From Jatrophihabitantaceae bacterium (GTDB lineage Bacteria > Actinomycetota > Actinomycetes > Mycobacteriales > Jatrophihabitantaceae), in contig DASRSG010000112.1 in the NCBI GenBank assembly GCA_035656595.1, positions 1 to 52,579 on the forward strand: 52,579 nt of DNA, read 5' to 3'. This document shows, in pieces, positions 11,305 through 18,980 of the stretch. The notes under the pieces were generated by a model. The model saw only the letters and a program-made list of their open reading frames with translations, searched no databases and was not told the origin of the DNA. Every line of letters starts with the position of its first letter. Positions within the stretch are counted from its first letter, which is position 1. Position numbers and translations under genes: made by a program.

Positions 11305-13023
11305 ATGGACCTCGACTGGGGTCCCGCCCGATCCGAGGTGACGAGGCTGGACCTGATAGCGGCAGCCGGTGTCGGCATCATGTCGATCGATGCCACCGGG
11401 CAGATCCTGTCCGCCAACATCGCCGCGACAAAGATCTTGCGCTGCCATGAGGCCGATCTGATCGGACGCGGCTCGCACGAAGCCTTGAACGCCGATCGTC
11501 CGGACGACGATTGTGAACTCGAACAATCCGCCCGAACCGGCAAACCGGTACACATCGACGAGGACACCTTCCGCCGCACGGACGGCTCGCTCGTCCCGGT
11601 GTGGTGGGCAACCACCCCGTTGCGCGACCCGGAGACGGGATCGGTGGCCGGAGCCGTCCTGGTCTTCGGCGACACGACGGTGCGGCGGGCGCAGGCGGTC
11701 GCCGACGCGGCCGAGCGCGAGCAGGGACGTGCCGAACTGGCCCAGGCGCGGCAGGACGTCGCTGACCTCGAGTGGATGGGCGAGCTCGCGCAGACGTTGT
11801 CGTCGACATTGGACGAGCGCGAGGTGCTGGAGCGGCTTGCTCGGCTGGTCGTGGGCCGGCTGGCCGACATCGCGGTCACCGACATGATCACTGAACGCTC
11901 CGTCGTGGAACGGGTCGGTCGGGCGGTGGCGTCCGGCGTCGACATCGATCTCGACGCGCTGCTGAGCCGATCCGACATCAGCGCGCCCTTCGACCCGGAC
12001 TCGGCGACCTACCGCACCGTGACCTCGGCTGCCGCCGTGCACATTCCCGCAGAGCGGTTCGGCGACGTCGATGCGCTCAGTGAGCAGTCGCGATCGATGC
12101 TGGCCGCGGTCGGAGCCACCGACGCCTTGGCCGTGCCGATGGTCGCGCGGGGACGGGCGGTTGGCGCGCTCGGCCTCATCCGAGTAGCCGGCAGCCCGCC
12201 GTTCGACGATATCGACAAGCTGGTCGCGACCGACATCGGACATCGCGCCGCAGTCGCAATCGACAACGCTCGGCTCTACCGTGCGCAGTCCGACATCTCC
12301 ACCCGGTTACAGCGAGCACTGCTCCCAGCCGTGCCGAAGAACTTGCTGGTGCGCGCGGCGGTGCGCTACTTGCCCGCGCGTAACCGATTCGACGTCGGCG
12401 GCGACTGGTACGACCTGTTCCGCACCCACGCGGATGCTGACTCAACGGTGCTGGTTATTGGCGATGTCGCCGGCCATGACCTGCAGGCGGGCACGACCAT
12501 GTCGGCGCTACGCAACCTGCTGCGCGGGATCGTCGTGGCGACCGATGCACCGCCGCAGCACGTGCTGGAGTCGGTGGACGCGAATATGGACACGCTCGGT
12601 ATCCGCGGCACCGCGACCGCCTTGCTGATGACGGTGGCGCCGCTGCCGGACGGCGCCTGGTGCCTGGCTTGGAGCAATGCCGGACACATGCCGCCGCTGC
12701 TGCTGTCCCCCGACGGTGGCGTCGAGATGCTCAATGCCTTGCACGGCACGCTGCTCGGCACCGAGATCACGCAGGTGCGCACCCAGGACGAGCGGGTCGT
12801 CCCCGCCGGATCGACGCTCGTCCTCTACACCGACGGTCTCGTCGAGACGCGCGACGCGACGATCGACGCGGGGCTCACCCACCTGCGACGCACCGCGATG
12901 TCACTCGCCGCGTCGATCGACGATCCCGCCGCGGTGGCAGTCGAGCTGCTCGCGCGCAACCACGCGAGCTCCGAGGACGATACGGCGATGCTCGTGTGTC
13001 ACCTGCCCGACCTCAGAAGTTGA
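11305..13023 (+). CDS. PAS + GAF + PP2C/SpoIIE-family serine phosphatase
   Basis: PAS-like N-terminus (SIDATGQILSANIAATKILRCHEADLIG). GAF-like middle region. PP2C motifs GGDWYDLF, VIGDVAGHDLQAGTTMSALRNLLRG, LYTDGLVE. Confidence 0.85.
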   Translation: MDLDWGPARSEVTRLDLIAAAGVGIMSIDATGQILSANIAATKILRCHEADLIGRGSHEALNADRPDDDCELEQSARTGKPVHIDEDTFRRTDGSLVPVWWATTPLRDPETGSVAGAVLVFGDTTVRRAQAVADAAEREQGRAELAQARQDVADLEWMGELAQTLSSTLDEREVLERLARLVVGRLADIAVTDMITERSVVERVGRAVASGVDIDLDALLSRSDISAPFDPDSATYRTVTSAAAVHIPAERFGDVDALSEQSRSMLAAVGATDALAVPMVARGRAVGALGLIRVAGSPPFDDIDKLVATDIGHRAAVAIDNARLYRAQSDISTRLQRALLPAVPKNLLVRAAVRYLPARNRFDVGGDWYDLFRTHADADSTVLVIGDVAGHDLQAGTTMSALRNLLRGIVVATDAPPQHVLESVDANMDTLGIRGTATALLMTVAPLPDGAWCLAWSNAGHMPPLLLSPDGGVEMLNALHGTLLGTEITQVRTQDERVVPAGSTLVLYTDGLVETRDATIDAGLTHLRRTAMSLAASIDDPAAVAVELLARNHASSEDDTAMLVCHLPDLRS

Positions 13024-13738
13024 TCACCTCGAACGCGACCGCGTACTTCACGCCCATGCGGGCACCGACCTGCCTCGCGAACGATTCCAGGAACTCGCCC
13101 GGGTCAGCCATCGCATTCTCGCCAAGTCCACGCAGGTACTCGGCGTGCGCCTCCAGCGAGGCCACGCCGCGCGCGAAGTGATCGGTCGTGTCGACGCCGT
13201 GCTCGGCGTGCGCGCTGGACGCGACCAGCACGTGCTTGGTGCGCCACGGCTCCAAGCCTTCGTCGAGCAGCTCGCGGAACACCCACCGGTTCGCGCCGTC
13301 ACGGACACCGTCGACGACAGCGCGGCCCAGCGCGATGTGGTCGGCCTGGTTGAGCATCCCGGAGCCCCAGCGCTCCTCGTAGTTCGCGGTAATCACGACG
13401 TCGGGGCGATGCCGGCGCACCGCGCGAGCGATGTCGCGGCGCAGCGGTAGCCCGTACTCGAGCACGCCGTCCGGGTAGCCCATGAACTCGACGATCTCGA
13501 CGCCGACGATTGCGGCGCCGGCACGTTCCTCGTCCTCGCGCATCGGACCGACCTGCGCGGGATCCAGCCCGTCGATCCCGGCCTCGCCGCTGGTCGCCAG
13601 CAGGTAGCTCACCTGCTTTCCCTGCGCGGTCCAGCGGGCAACGGCTGCCGCAGTGCCGTACTCGAGGTCGTCAGGGTGCGCCACGATGGCCAGCGCGGTC
13701 GACCACGACTCGTCCACGGGCTCCAGTAGTTCAGTCAC
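13013..13738 (-). CDS. PIG-L/LmbE family deacetylase
   Basis: AIVAHPDDLEYG motif near the N-terminus. GTG 13738 (VTELLEPVDESW). The upstream part of the 400-aa ORF in the track is antisense to the hemerythrin gene and not credible. Confidence 0.8.
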   Translation of the reverse strand: MTELLEPVDESWSTALAIVAHPDDLEYGTAAAVARWTAQGKQVSYLLATSGEAGIDGLDPAQVGPMREDEERAGAAIVGVEIVEFMGYPDGVLEYGLPLRRDIARAVRRHRPDVVITANYEERWGSGMLNQADHIALGRAVVDGVRDGANRWVFRELLDEGLEPWRTKHVLVASSAHAEHGVDTTDHFARGVASLEAHAEYLRGLGENAMADPGEFLESFARQVGARMGVKYAVAFEVINF

Positions 13739-13765
13739 GTCCAGACCGTATCTAGGGTGGGAAGC

Positions 13766-14278
13766 ATGAGCGACCCCCGACTCGACATCACGTCCCTGAT
13801 CATGGACGACCACGAATGGTTCCGCAGGCAATTTGCCCGGCTCGACGATGCGGCCGACAAGTCCGAACTGGCCGCGATCTGGGAGCCGCTCGCCGTCCGC
13901 TTGGACACCCACGCGCAGGCCGAGGAGACGATCTTCTACCCGGCGCTGTTGCGGCGCGGCGACGAGGCCGAGGACGAAACCGAAGACGCGGTGCGCGACC
14001 ACAACAAGATCCGGGTCGCGGTGGCCGAGGCGGGCAAGCACGAGGTCGGGTCGTCCGAGTGGTTCGAAGCAGTGGGACGGGCGCGGGCCGAGAACACCGA
14101 GCACCTCGGCGAGGAAGAGGACGAGGGCCTGCCGGACTTTCGCAAGCACGCCAGCTCGGAGCTGCGCACCCGGCTCGGCGAGCTGTGGGTGCAGTTCTAC
14201 GCGAGCCACCCGCACGGCGAGGGCATCTCGACCTCGACGGTCGACCCGGACGAGTACCTCGACAAGAACTCGCCGTAG
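13766..14278 (+). CDS. Hemerythrin-domain (HHE cation-binding) protein
   Basis: DDHEWFRRQF, HAQAEETIFYPAL, DHNKIR and HLGEEEDEGLPDF, spaced as His/Glu ligand motifs. ATG 13766 follows GGTGGGAAGC. Confidence 0.8.
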   Translation: MSDPRLDITSLIMDDHEWFRRQFARLDDAADKSELAAIWEPLAVRLDTHAQAEETIFYPALLRRGDEAEDETEDAVRDHNKIRVAVAEAGKHEVGSSEWFEAVGRARAENTEHLGEEEDEGLPDFRKHASSELRTRLGELWVQFYASHPHGEGISTSTVDPDEYLDKNSP

Positions 14279-14288
14279 CCGCTCCGGA

Positions 14289-14344
14289 GTTGATCAACAA
14301 GCTCGGTGCATGCCTGGAGTGATGCTCCGAGCTCGTTGATCAAC
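14289..14344. repeat. Inverted repeat of 18 nt arms, each containing the 10-bp perfect palindrome GTTGATCAAC
   Basis: GTTGATCAACAAGCTCGG at 14289..14306 and CCGAGCTCGTTGATCAAC at 14327..14344. One mismatch between the arms, 20-nt loop. Confidence 0.8.
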
Positions 14345-14375
14345 GCGCGGGCCCGGCGCGCTCCACGGTCGGGCC

Positions 14376-14434
14376 GCTTTGCCCCGCGTAGCCACGCTCC
14401 GCGCGACGGATAGCCCGCATACGCGGGGCAAAGC
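14376..14434. repeat. Palindromic intergenic element, copy 1 (GCTTTGCCCCGCGTA ... TACGCGGGGCAAAGC)
   Basis: Perfect 15-bp arms at 14376..14390 and 14420..14434 with a 29-nt loop. A related copy lies at 24492..24548. Confidence 0.85.
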
Positions 14435-14494
14435 TGGATTGCGCAGCGCGGCCGCACCAACCATCCGGGGACGAGGCTCCCCTAGGCTCGGCGG

Positions 14495-15991
14495 ATGGAT
14501 CGGCTCGTGCGCGCCCGGCACCGCCTCGCCGCGCTCGATGCGTGGTTGCTGCGCCAGGCGCTCAAGTCGCGCACTCCCACCAACGACCGCGTGCTGCGCA
14601 CGGCGAGCCAGCTGGCCAACCGCTCCCGGCTCTGGGTAGCGGTTGCCGCAGTTCTCGGCAGCGCCGGGGGCAGTCGCGGGCGGCGTGCCGCGATTCGCGG
14701 CCTGCTCGGCATCGGCATCAGCTCCGCGGTGGTCAACGGACCGCTGAAGTACGTGTGGCGGCGTCAGCGCCCGGCCGCTGAGCTGCTCGGCGTGCGTCCG
14801 AGCTTGATCGCGATGCCCCGGTCGTTCTCGTTTCCCTCTGGCCACTCGGCGTCGGCGTTCGCCTTCGCGACCGGTGTCGCGCGCGAGTGGCCCGCCGTGG
14901 GTGCGCCGGTCGGGGCGGCTGCCGCGCTGGTCGCCTACTCGCGGGTACACACCGGCGTGCACTTCCCCGGCGACGTGCTCGCCGGCACCGGCATCGGGAT
15001 CGCGTCCGGGATGCTGGCCGCCCGCCTGATTCGTGACGATCCGGGGATCCAGCTACCGCCGGCGCAGGACACCCCGATCCCGAAACGCGCCGTGCTGCTG
15101 TCCAGCCCAGGCTCCGGCTCGGCGGACCAGCTCAAGGAGGCAAAGGCCGCGCTGAAGGAGAGCGGCATTGACATCGTCGACGAGTTGCCGGTCGAAGACA
15201 AAGCTCGCCTCGCCGAGGTTGTCGCGCTGCCGAGCAACGAACGTCCACTCGTGATCGCTGCAGGCGGAGACGGGACGGTCGGGGCGGCCGCCGACGAACT
15301 GGCCGGCACCCGCGCGCTGCTCGCCATCCTGCCGCTGGGCACGTCCAACGATGTCGCTCGCTCGCTGGGCATCTCACCGGATCCGGTGCAGGCTGCCAAG
15401 GACGTCGTCGACGGGGTCGTCCGCGCCATCGACGCCGGGCAGGTGCGCATGCCGGGCCAGCCAGCGCGCAATTTCGTGCACGCCGCGACCGTGGGCTTCA
15501 ACGTGCACTTCGCCGAACTGGCCACCAAGTCCTCGCTTCGCCGTCGCTTCGGCCGCTTCACCTACGCGGTCGCGGGTGTGCAGGCGATGCGCCAGCACGA
15601 GCCGTTCGATTGCGAGCTCACATACGACGGCAAGACCGAGAAACTCCGCCTCGTGCAGCTGTCCATCATCAACGCCCCGGTGTTCGGCGGCGCACTCGAT
15701 CTGCGCTTGCCGATCGCGCGGATGGACGACCGCAGCCTGGTCGTCATCGCTATCGAAGAGGGCTCGGCCGCGCGCATGATTCTCGGCACGCTGGTGACCG
15801 CGATCGGCCGGCGCCGTGAGGGGCCCGGAGTGCGCGCCATGCGTACCAACGAGCTGCAGGTGCACGTCGAGCACCCCGTCGACGTCGCGCTCGACGGGGA
15901 GATCTCGAGCAACCTGCCGGCGGACTTCGGTGTCGCCGCGGAGGCATTGCACATCATCACCCCGCGGCTGCCGCACGACCGGGTGCGCTGA
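14495..15991 (+). CDS. Bifunctional PAP2 phosphatase / diacylglycerol-kinase-family lipid kinase fusion
   Basis: PAP2 motifs KYVWRRQRP, PSGHS, SRVHTGVHFPGDV. DAGK catalytic-domain motif IAAGGDGTVG in the C-terminal half. Confidence 0.85.
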   Translation: MDRLVRARHRLAALDAWLLRQALKSRTPTNDRVLRTASQLANRSRLWVAVAAVLGSAGGSRGRRAAIRGLLGIGISSAVVNGPLKYVWRRQRPAAELLGVRPSLIAMPRSFSFPSGHSASAFAFATGVAREWPAVGAPVGAAAALVAYSRVHTGVHFPGDVLAGTGIGIASGMLAARLIRDDPGIQLPPAQDTPIPKRAVLLSSPGSGSADQLKEAKAALKESGIDIVDELPVEDKARLAEVVALPSNERPLVIAAGGDGTVGAAADELAGTRALLAILPLGTSNDVARSLGISPDPVQAAKDVVDGVVRAIDAGQVRMPGQPARNFVHAATVGFNVHFAELATKSSLRRRFGRFTYAVAGVQAMRQHEPFDCELTYDGKTEKLRLVQLSIINAPVFGGALDLRLPIARMDDRSLVVIAIEEGSAARMILGTLVTAIGRRREGPGVRAMRTNELQVHVEHPVDVALDGEISSNLPADFGVAAEALHIITPRLPHDRVR

Positions 15992-15999
15992 ACAGCCCG

Positions 16000-16944
16000 C
16001 TAGACGTTGAGCAGATCGCCCGGCCGGATCAGCGCGAACTGGCCGGCGGGGTGCCCGGCGTTCGGGTTCAGCTGCTCGAGCTGGGCCAGCGAAAGCCCGT
16101 TGCGCCGCGCGATCGACGACATCGTGTCGCCGGCAACGACGGTGCAGACACCCTTTGCCGCAGCCAGATTCTCGATCGGACGCTTGCTCTTCGACGACTT
16201 GGACAGCTCGCGCAGCTTGCCACCGAGCGCCTCGAGATGCGATCCGATCGGCAGCTTCAGGATCACGTCCTCGTCAGCACCGCCGTGGAACCAGGCATTG
16301 CCGTTCTGCCAGAGGTGCGCTTCGGACACCTGCGCCACCTGCTGCGCGACGGCCTTCCAGTTGGTGCCGGGCTGGAAGAAGCTGCCGTTGCCCGACCACG
16401 CGTCCGACATCGCCCGCCAGCCGTAGCGGATCACACCGCGGTCGAGCATCGCCGAGATCGCGACGTCGCCGGCGTACAGATCGGCGTGGTACTTACCGTC
16501 CAGCGCGTCCTGGTAGGCGAGCAGGTACTCGGCGACCTTGCCGTGCTTGTCGGTGGCCGGCTGCGCCTCGTCCCAGGACACGTAGATGCTCGCGCCACGG
16601 GCCAGCCCGCGGTGTGACCAGAACTTGCGGTCGGCCAGGCCGTCTTCCTCGCCGGCTGCGCCGCCCTGGGTGATACGTCCGGTCGTCCATTCGGAGTTGG
16701 CGAGGAAGTCATAGCCGGCGGCGACGATCTGGTTGAGCTCGTCGGCACCGCACAGCTTCCACTCGACGCTGGCGTGGCTCGGGTGGGTCGGCGCCGAGGC
16801 GGCGCCGGCCGAGTAGCGCATGATGAACTTCGCGCCTTGGCGCGCGGGTGCGGCGAGCGAGGTCAGCTGCATCCCGGAGAAATCGATGCCGCGGTCGAAC
16901 TCGGCGAGATCGGTGGCCACGTTCGAGGTCAGTGCTGCGTTCAC
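16000..16944 (-). CDS. Glycoside-hydrolase-like (DUF1906/Rv2525c-like) domain protein with C-terminal LysM domain
   Basis: C-terminal LysM (CTVVAGDTMSSIARRNGLSLAQLEQLNPNAGHPAGQFALIRPGDLLNV). The N-terminal about 230 aa resemble the Rv2525c-type GH-like fold. GTG 16944 with SD GGGAG. No N-terminal signal peptide visible. Confidence 0.7.
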   Translation of the reverse strand: MNAALTSNVATDLAEFDRGIDFSGMQLTSLAAPARQGAKFIMRYSAGAASAPTHPSHASVEWKLCGADELNQIVAAGYDFLANSEWTTGRITQGGAAGEEDGLADRKFWSHRGLARGASIYVSWDEAQPATDKHGKVAEYLLAYQDALDGKYHADLYAGDVAISAMLDRGVIRYGWRAMSDAWSGNGSFFQPGTNWKAVAQQVAQVSEAHLWQNGNAWFHGGADEDVILKLPIGSHLEALGGKLRELSKSSKSKRPIENLAAAKGVCTVVAGDTMSSIARRNGLSLAQLEQLNPNAGHPAGQFALIRPGDLLNV

Positions 16945-17081
16945 GTCTGCTCCCTGGTATTGGCCGGATCGGATTCCGGCGCGATGGACAGAGCCTCAGA
17001 CCGGTCGGCCGGTGGTTGACGAACTCGAACAGAACTGGACGGGCGCCCTCGCGATATCGTGCGGTTTCGACTTCGAACCGG

Positions 17082-18056
17082 ATGTGGCAGGACGAGGAGC
17101 AGTGCGTGGCTGTCGGTTTCGACCTGCTGGTGCTCGCCGAGCTGAACCCGGACGTGGTGGTCGCCTGCGACGACGAGGTGCGGTTCGGCCAGGTCGAGCA
17201 GCTCGTCGACCGCGCCACGATCACGCTGGGCAGCTCCGGGGCGATCACCGCCTCGGCCGCCGCCGCGCAGGGCTTGCGGGTCGCGCTCTGCGGGGTGGTC
17301 GGCGACGACGCCGTCGCGACGATGACCGTCGACCTGCTCGCGGCGCAGGGCGTCGACGTCTCCGGCGTCGTGCGGCGCAGCGGCAGCGCGACCGGCATGA
17401 CGATCGTGCTGACCCGCACCGGTGGCGACCGGGCGTTGCTGACGTTTCCCGGCACGATGAGCGAGCTGCGAACCGCCGACCTCGACCTGGAAGTCGTCGC
17501 CTCGGCCCGGCACGTCCACGTCAGCTCGTTGTTCCTGCAGCGCGCGTTGCAGCCCGATCTCGGTGCGTTGTTCTCATCGGCCCGGGCAGGCGGCGCGACG
17601 ACTTCGATCGACCCTGGCTGGGATCCGCGCGAGCAGTGGACGGAGGTGCTGGCCCTGCTACCGGACGTCGACGTCTTCTTGCCGAACGCGGCCGAGTGCG
17701 CGCAGATCGCGGCGGCGACGGGTCGAGCCGGGGGTGACCCGGCCCGCGTGCTGCACGAGCTGGGGCCTTCAGTGGCGGTCAAGCTCGGTGCCGAGGGTGC
17801 CAGGCTGGTCTCTGCCGAGGGCGCGTGGCGGGTGTCGATCGATCCGGTCGAGCCCGTCGACACGACCGGCGCCGGCGACAACTTCGACGCCGGCTTCCTC
17901 GCCGGCTTGCTCGACGGCGCCGCCCCGGCGCAGGCGCTCGCCCGCGGCGTCGCCAGCGGCACGTTCGCTGTCGGCGGCTGGGGTGGCACCGGCCGGCTGG
18001 CCACCCGTGAAGAGGCGCTCGAGCTGGCCGGCGCCCTGATCGTCGAGCAGAGCTGA
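17082..18056 (+). CDS. PfkB-family carbohydrate kinase
   Basis: DTTGAGDNFDAGFLAGLL signature near the C-terminus and an N-terminal GS-rich sugar-binding region. ATG 17082 or GTG 17106. The ORF track start at 16848 overlaps the divergent gene. Confidence 0.85.
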   Translation: MWQDEEQCVAVGFDLLVLAELNPDVVVACDDEVRFGQVEQLVDRATITLGSSGAITASAAAAQGLRVALCGVVGDDAVATMTVDLLAAQGVDVSGVVRRSGSATGMTIVLTRTGGDRALLTFPGTMSELRTADLDLEVVASARHVHVSSLFLQRALQPDLGALFSSARAGGATTSIDPGWDPREQWTEVLALLPDVDVFLPNAAECAQIAAATGRAGGDPARVLHELGPSVAVKLGAEGARLVSAEGAWRVSIDPVEPVDTTGAGDNFDAGFLAGLLDGAAPAQALARGVASGTFAVGGWGGTGRLATREEALELAGALIVEQS

Positions 18057-18057
18057 C

Positions 18058-18933
18058 ATGGCGCTGGTGACTACCGCCGAGCTCGTCGAGGCCGCGGCCG
18101 AACGCGGCACCGGCGTCGCGGCGTTCAACGTGATCACGCTCGAGCACGCCGAGGGCATCGCCGCGGGCGCCGAGTCGGCCGGGGTCGGGGCGATCCTGCA
18201 GATCAGCCAGAACGCGGTGGCTTTCCACGGTGGACGGATCGAGCCGATCGCGCGGGCCACCGCTGCGGTGGCAGCCGCGTCGACCGTCCCGCTGGCATTG
18301 CATCTCGACCACGTCGAGGACGACGACCTGCTGCGCCAGGCGGCCGACGCGGGCTTCTCGTCGGCCATGTACGACGCCGGTGCGTTGCCGTACGCCGACA
18401 ATGTCGCGCGCACACGTGCCGCAGCCGACTGGGCGCACGCGCACGGGCTGTGGCTCGAGGCCGAACTCGGGCACGTCGGCGGCAAGGCCGGCCAGCCGCA
18501 GAGCGCGCACGCGGCCGGCGTGCGCACCGACCCGGACGAGGCGCGCGAGTTCGTCGACGCGACCGGGGTGGATGCGCTCGCCGTGGCGGTGGGCAGCTCG
18601 CACGCAATGACCTCGCGCACCGCGTCGCTCGATGCCGAGCTCGTCGGCGCGCTGCATGCCGCCGTGCCGGTGCCGCTCGTGCTGCACGGATCCTCCGGCG
18701 TGCCCGACGACGAGCTGATCGCGGCGATCCGGGCCGGGATAACGAAGGTCAACATCGGTACCGCGCTCAACGTGGCGATGACGAAAGCCGTCCGTGCGTC
18801 CCTTGTCGACGAGAAGATGGTCGACCCGCGCAAGTACCTTGCCCCGGCTCGCACCGAGATCGCGGCCACCGTCCAGAACCTCCTGTCAGTGGTCAGTTCG
18901 GGTGGTCAGTGGTCAGTTGGAACTGACCACTGA
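18058..18933 (+). CDS. Class II fructose/tagatose-bisphosphate aldolase family protein
   Basis: LHLDHV, EAELGHVGGK, LVLHGSSGVPDDE, KVNIGTAL. The ATG lies 1 nt after the PfkB stop (TGAcATG). The last 16 codons lie inside the repeat at 18885..18954. Confidence 0.85.
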   Translation: MALVTTAELVEAAAERGTGVAAFNVITLEHAEGIAAGAESAGVGAILQISQNAVAFHGGRIEPIARATAAVAAASTVPLALHLDHVEDDDLLRQAADAGFSSAMYDAGALPYADNVARTRAAADWAHAHGLWLEAELGHVGGKAGQPQSAHAAGVRTDPDEAREFVDATGVDALAVAVGSSHAMTSRTASLDAELVGALHAAVPVPLVLHGSSGVPDDELIAAIRAGITKVNIGTALNVAMTKAVRASLVDEKMVDPRKYLAPARTEIAATVQNLLSVVSSGGQWSVGTDH

Positions 18934-18954
18934 CATATCGAAGTGACCACTGAC
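18885..18954. repeat. Nested hairpin built from copies of GTCAGTGGTCAGT (candidate strong terminator or insulator)
   Basis: The inner stem pairs 18905..18918 with 18921..18934 (perfect complement). The outer stem pairs 18885..18895 with 18944..18954 (11 bp, perfect). The element spans the aldolase stop at 18931..18933. Confidence 0.8.
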
Positions 18955-18980
18955 GGCGGGACGGACGAGAATCACCCATC

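Noticed and set aside
13013-14215. A 400-aa version of the PIG-L ORF extending upstream through the hemerythrin gene
   Set aside because: The N-terminal 160 residues are antisense to a well-supported hemerythrin gene and lack PIG-L similarity. The AHPDD motif lies near residue 24 when GTG 13738 is used as the start, which fits the family.
16945-17081. Possible cyclic-di-AMP (ydaO-type) riboswitch upstream of the LysM hydrolase-like gene, as seen upstream of some actinobacterial wall hydrolase genes
   Set aside because: The minus-strand leader lacks the motifs I remember for that riboswitch (ACGGGGA/CCCA and GGGGUGAAUC-type segments). Only a small hairpin GCCGGAAUCCGAUCCGGC and a GGGAG SD are present.
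16709-18004. A 431-aa minus-strand ORF opposite the PfkB kinase gene. Similar long antisense ORFs occur at 3163..4443, 5419..6573, 10795..12243, 39766..41904 and 47425..49119.
   Set aside because: The products are Arg/Pro/Ala/Ser-rich low-complexity sequences with no recognisable domains, each opposite a gene with clear family signatures. These are standard high-GC antisense artefacts.
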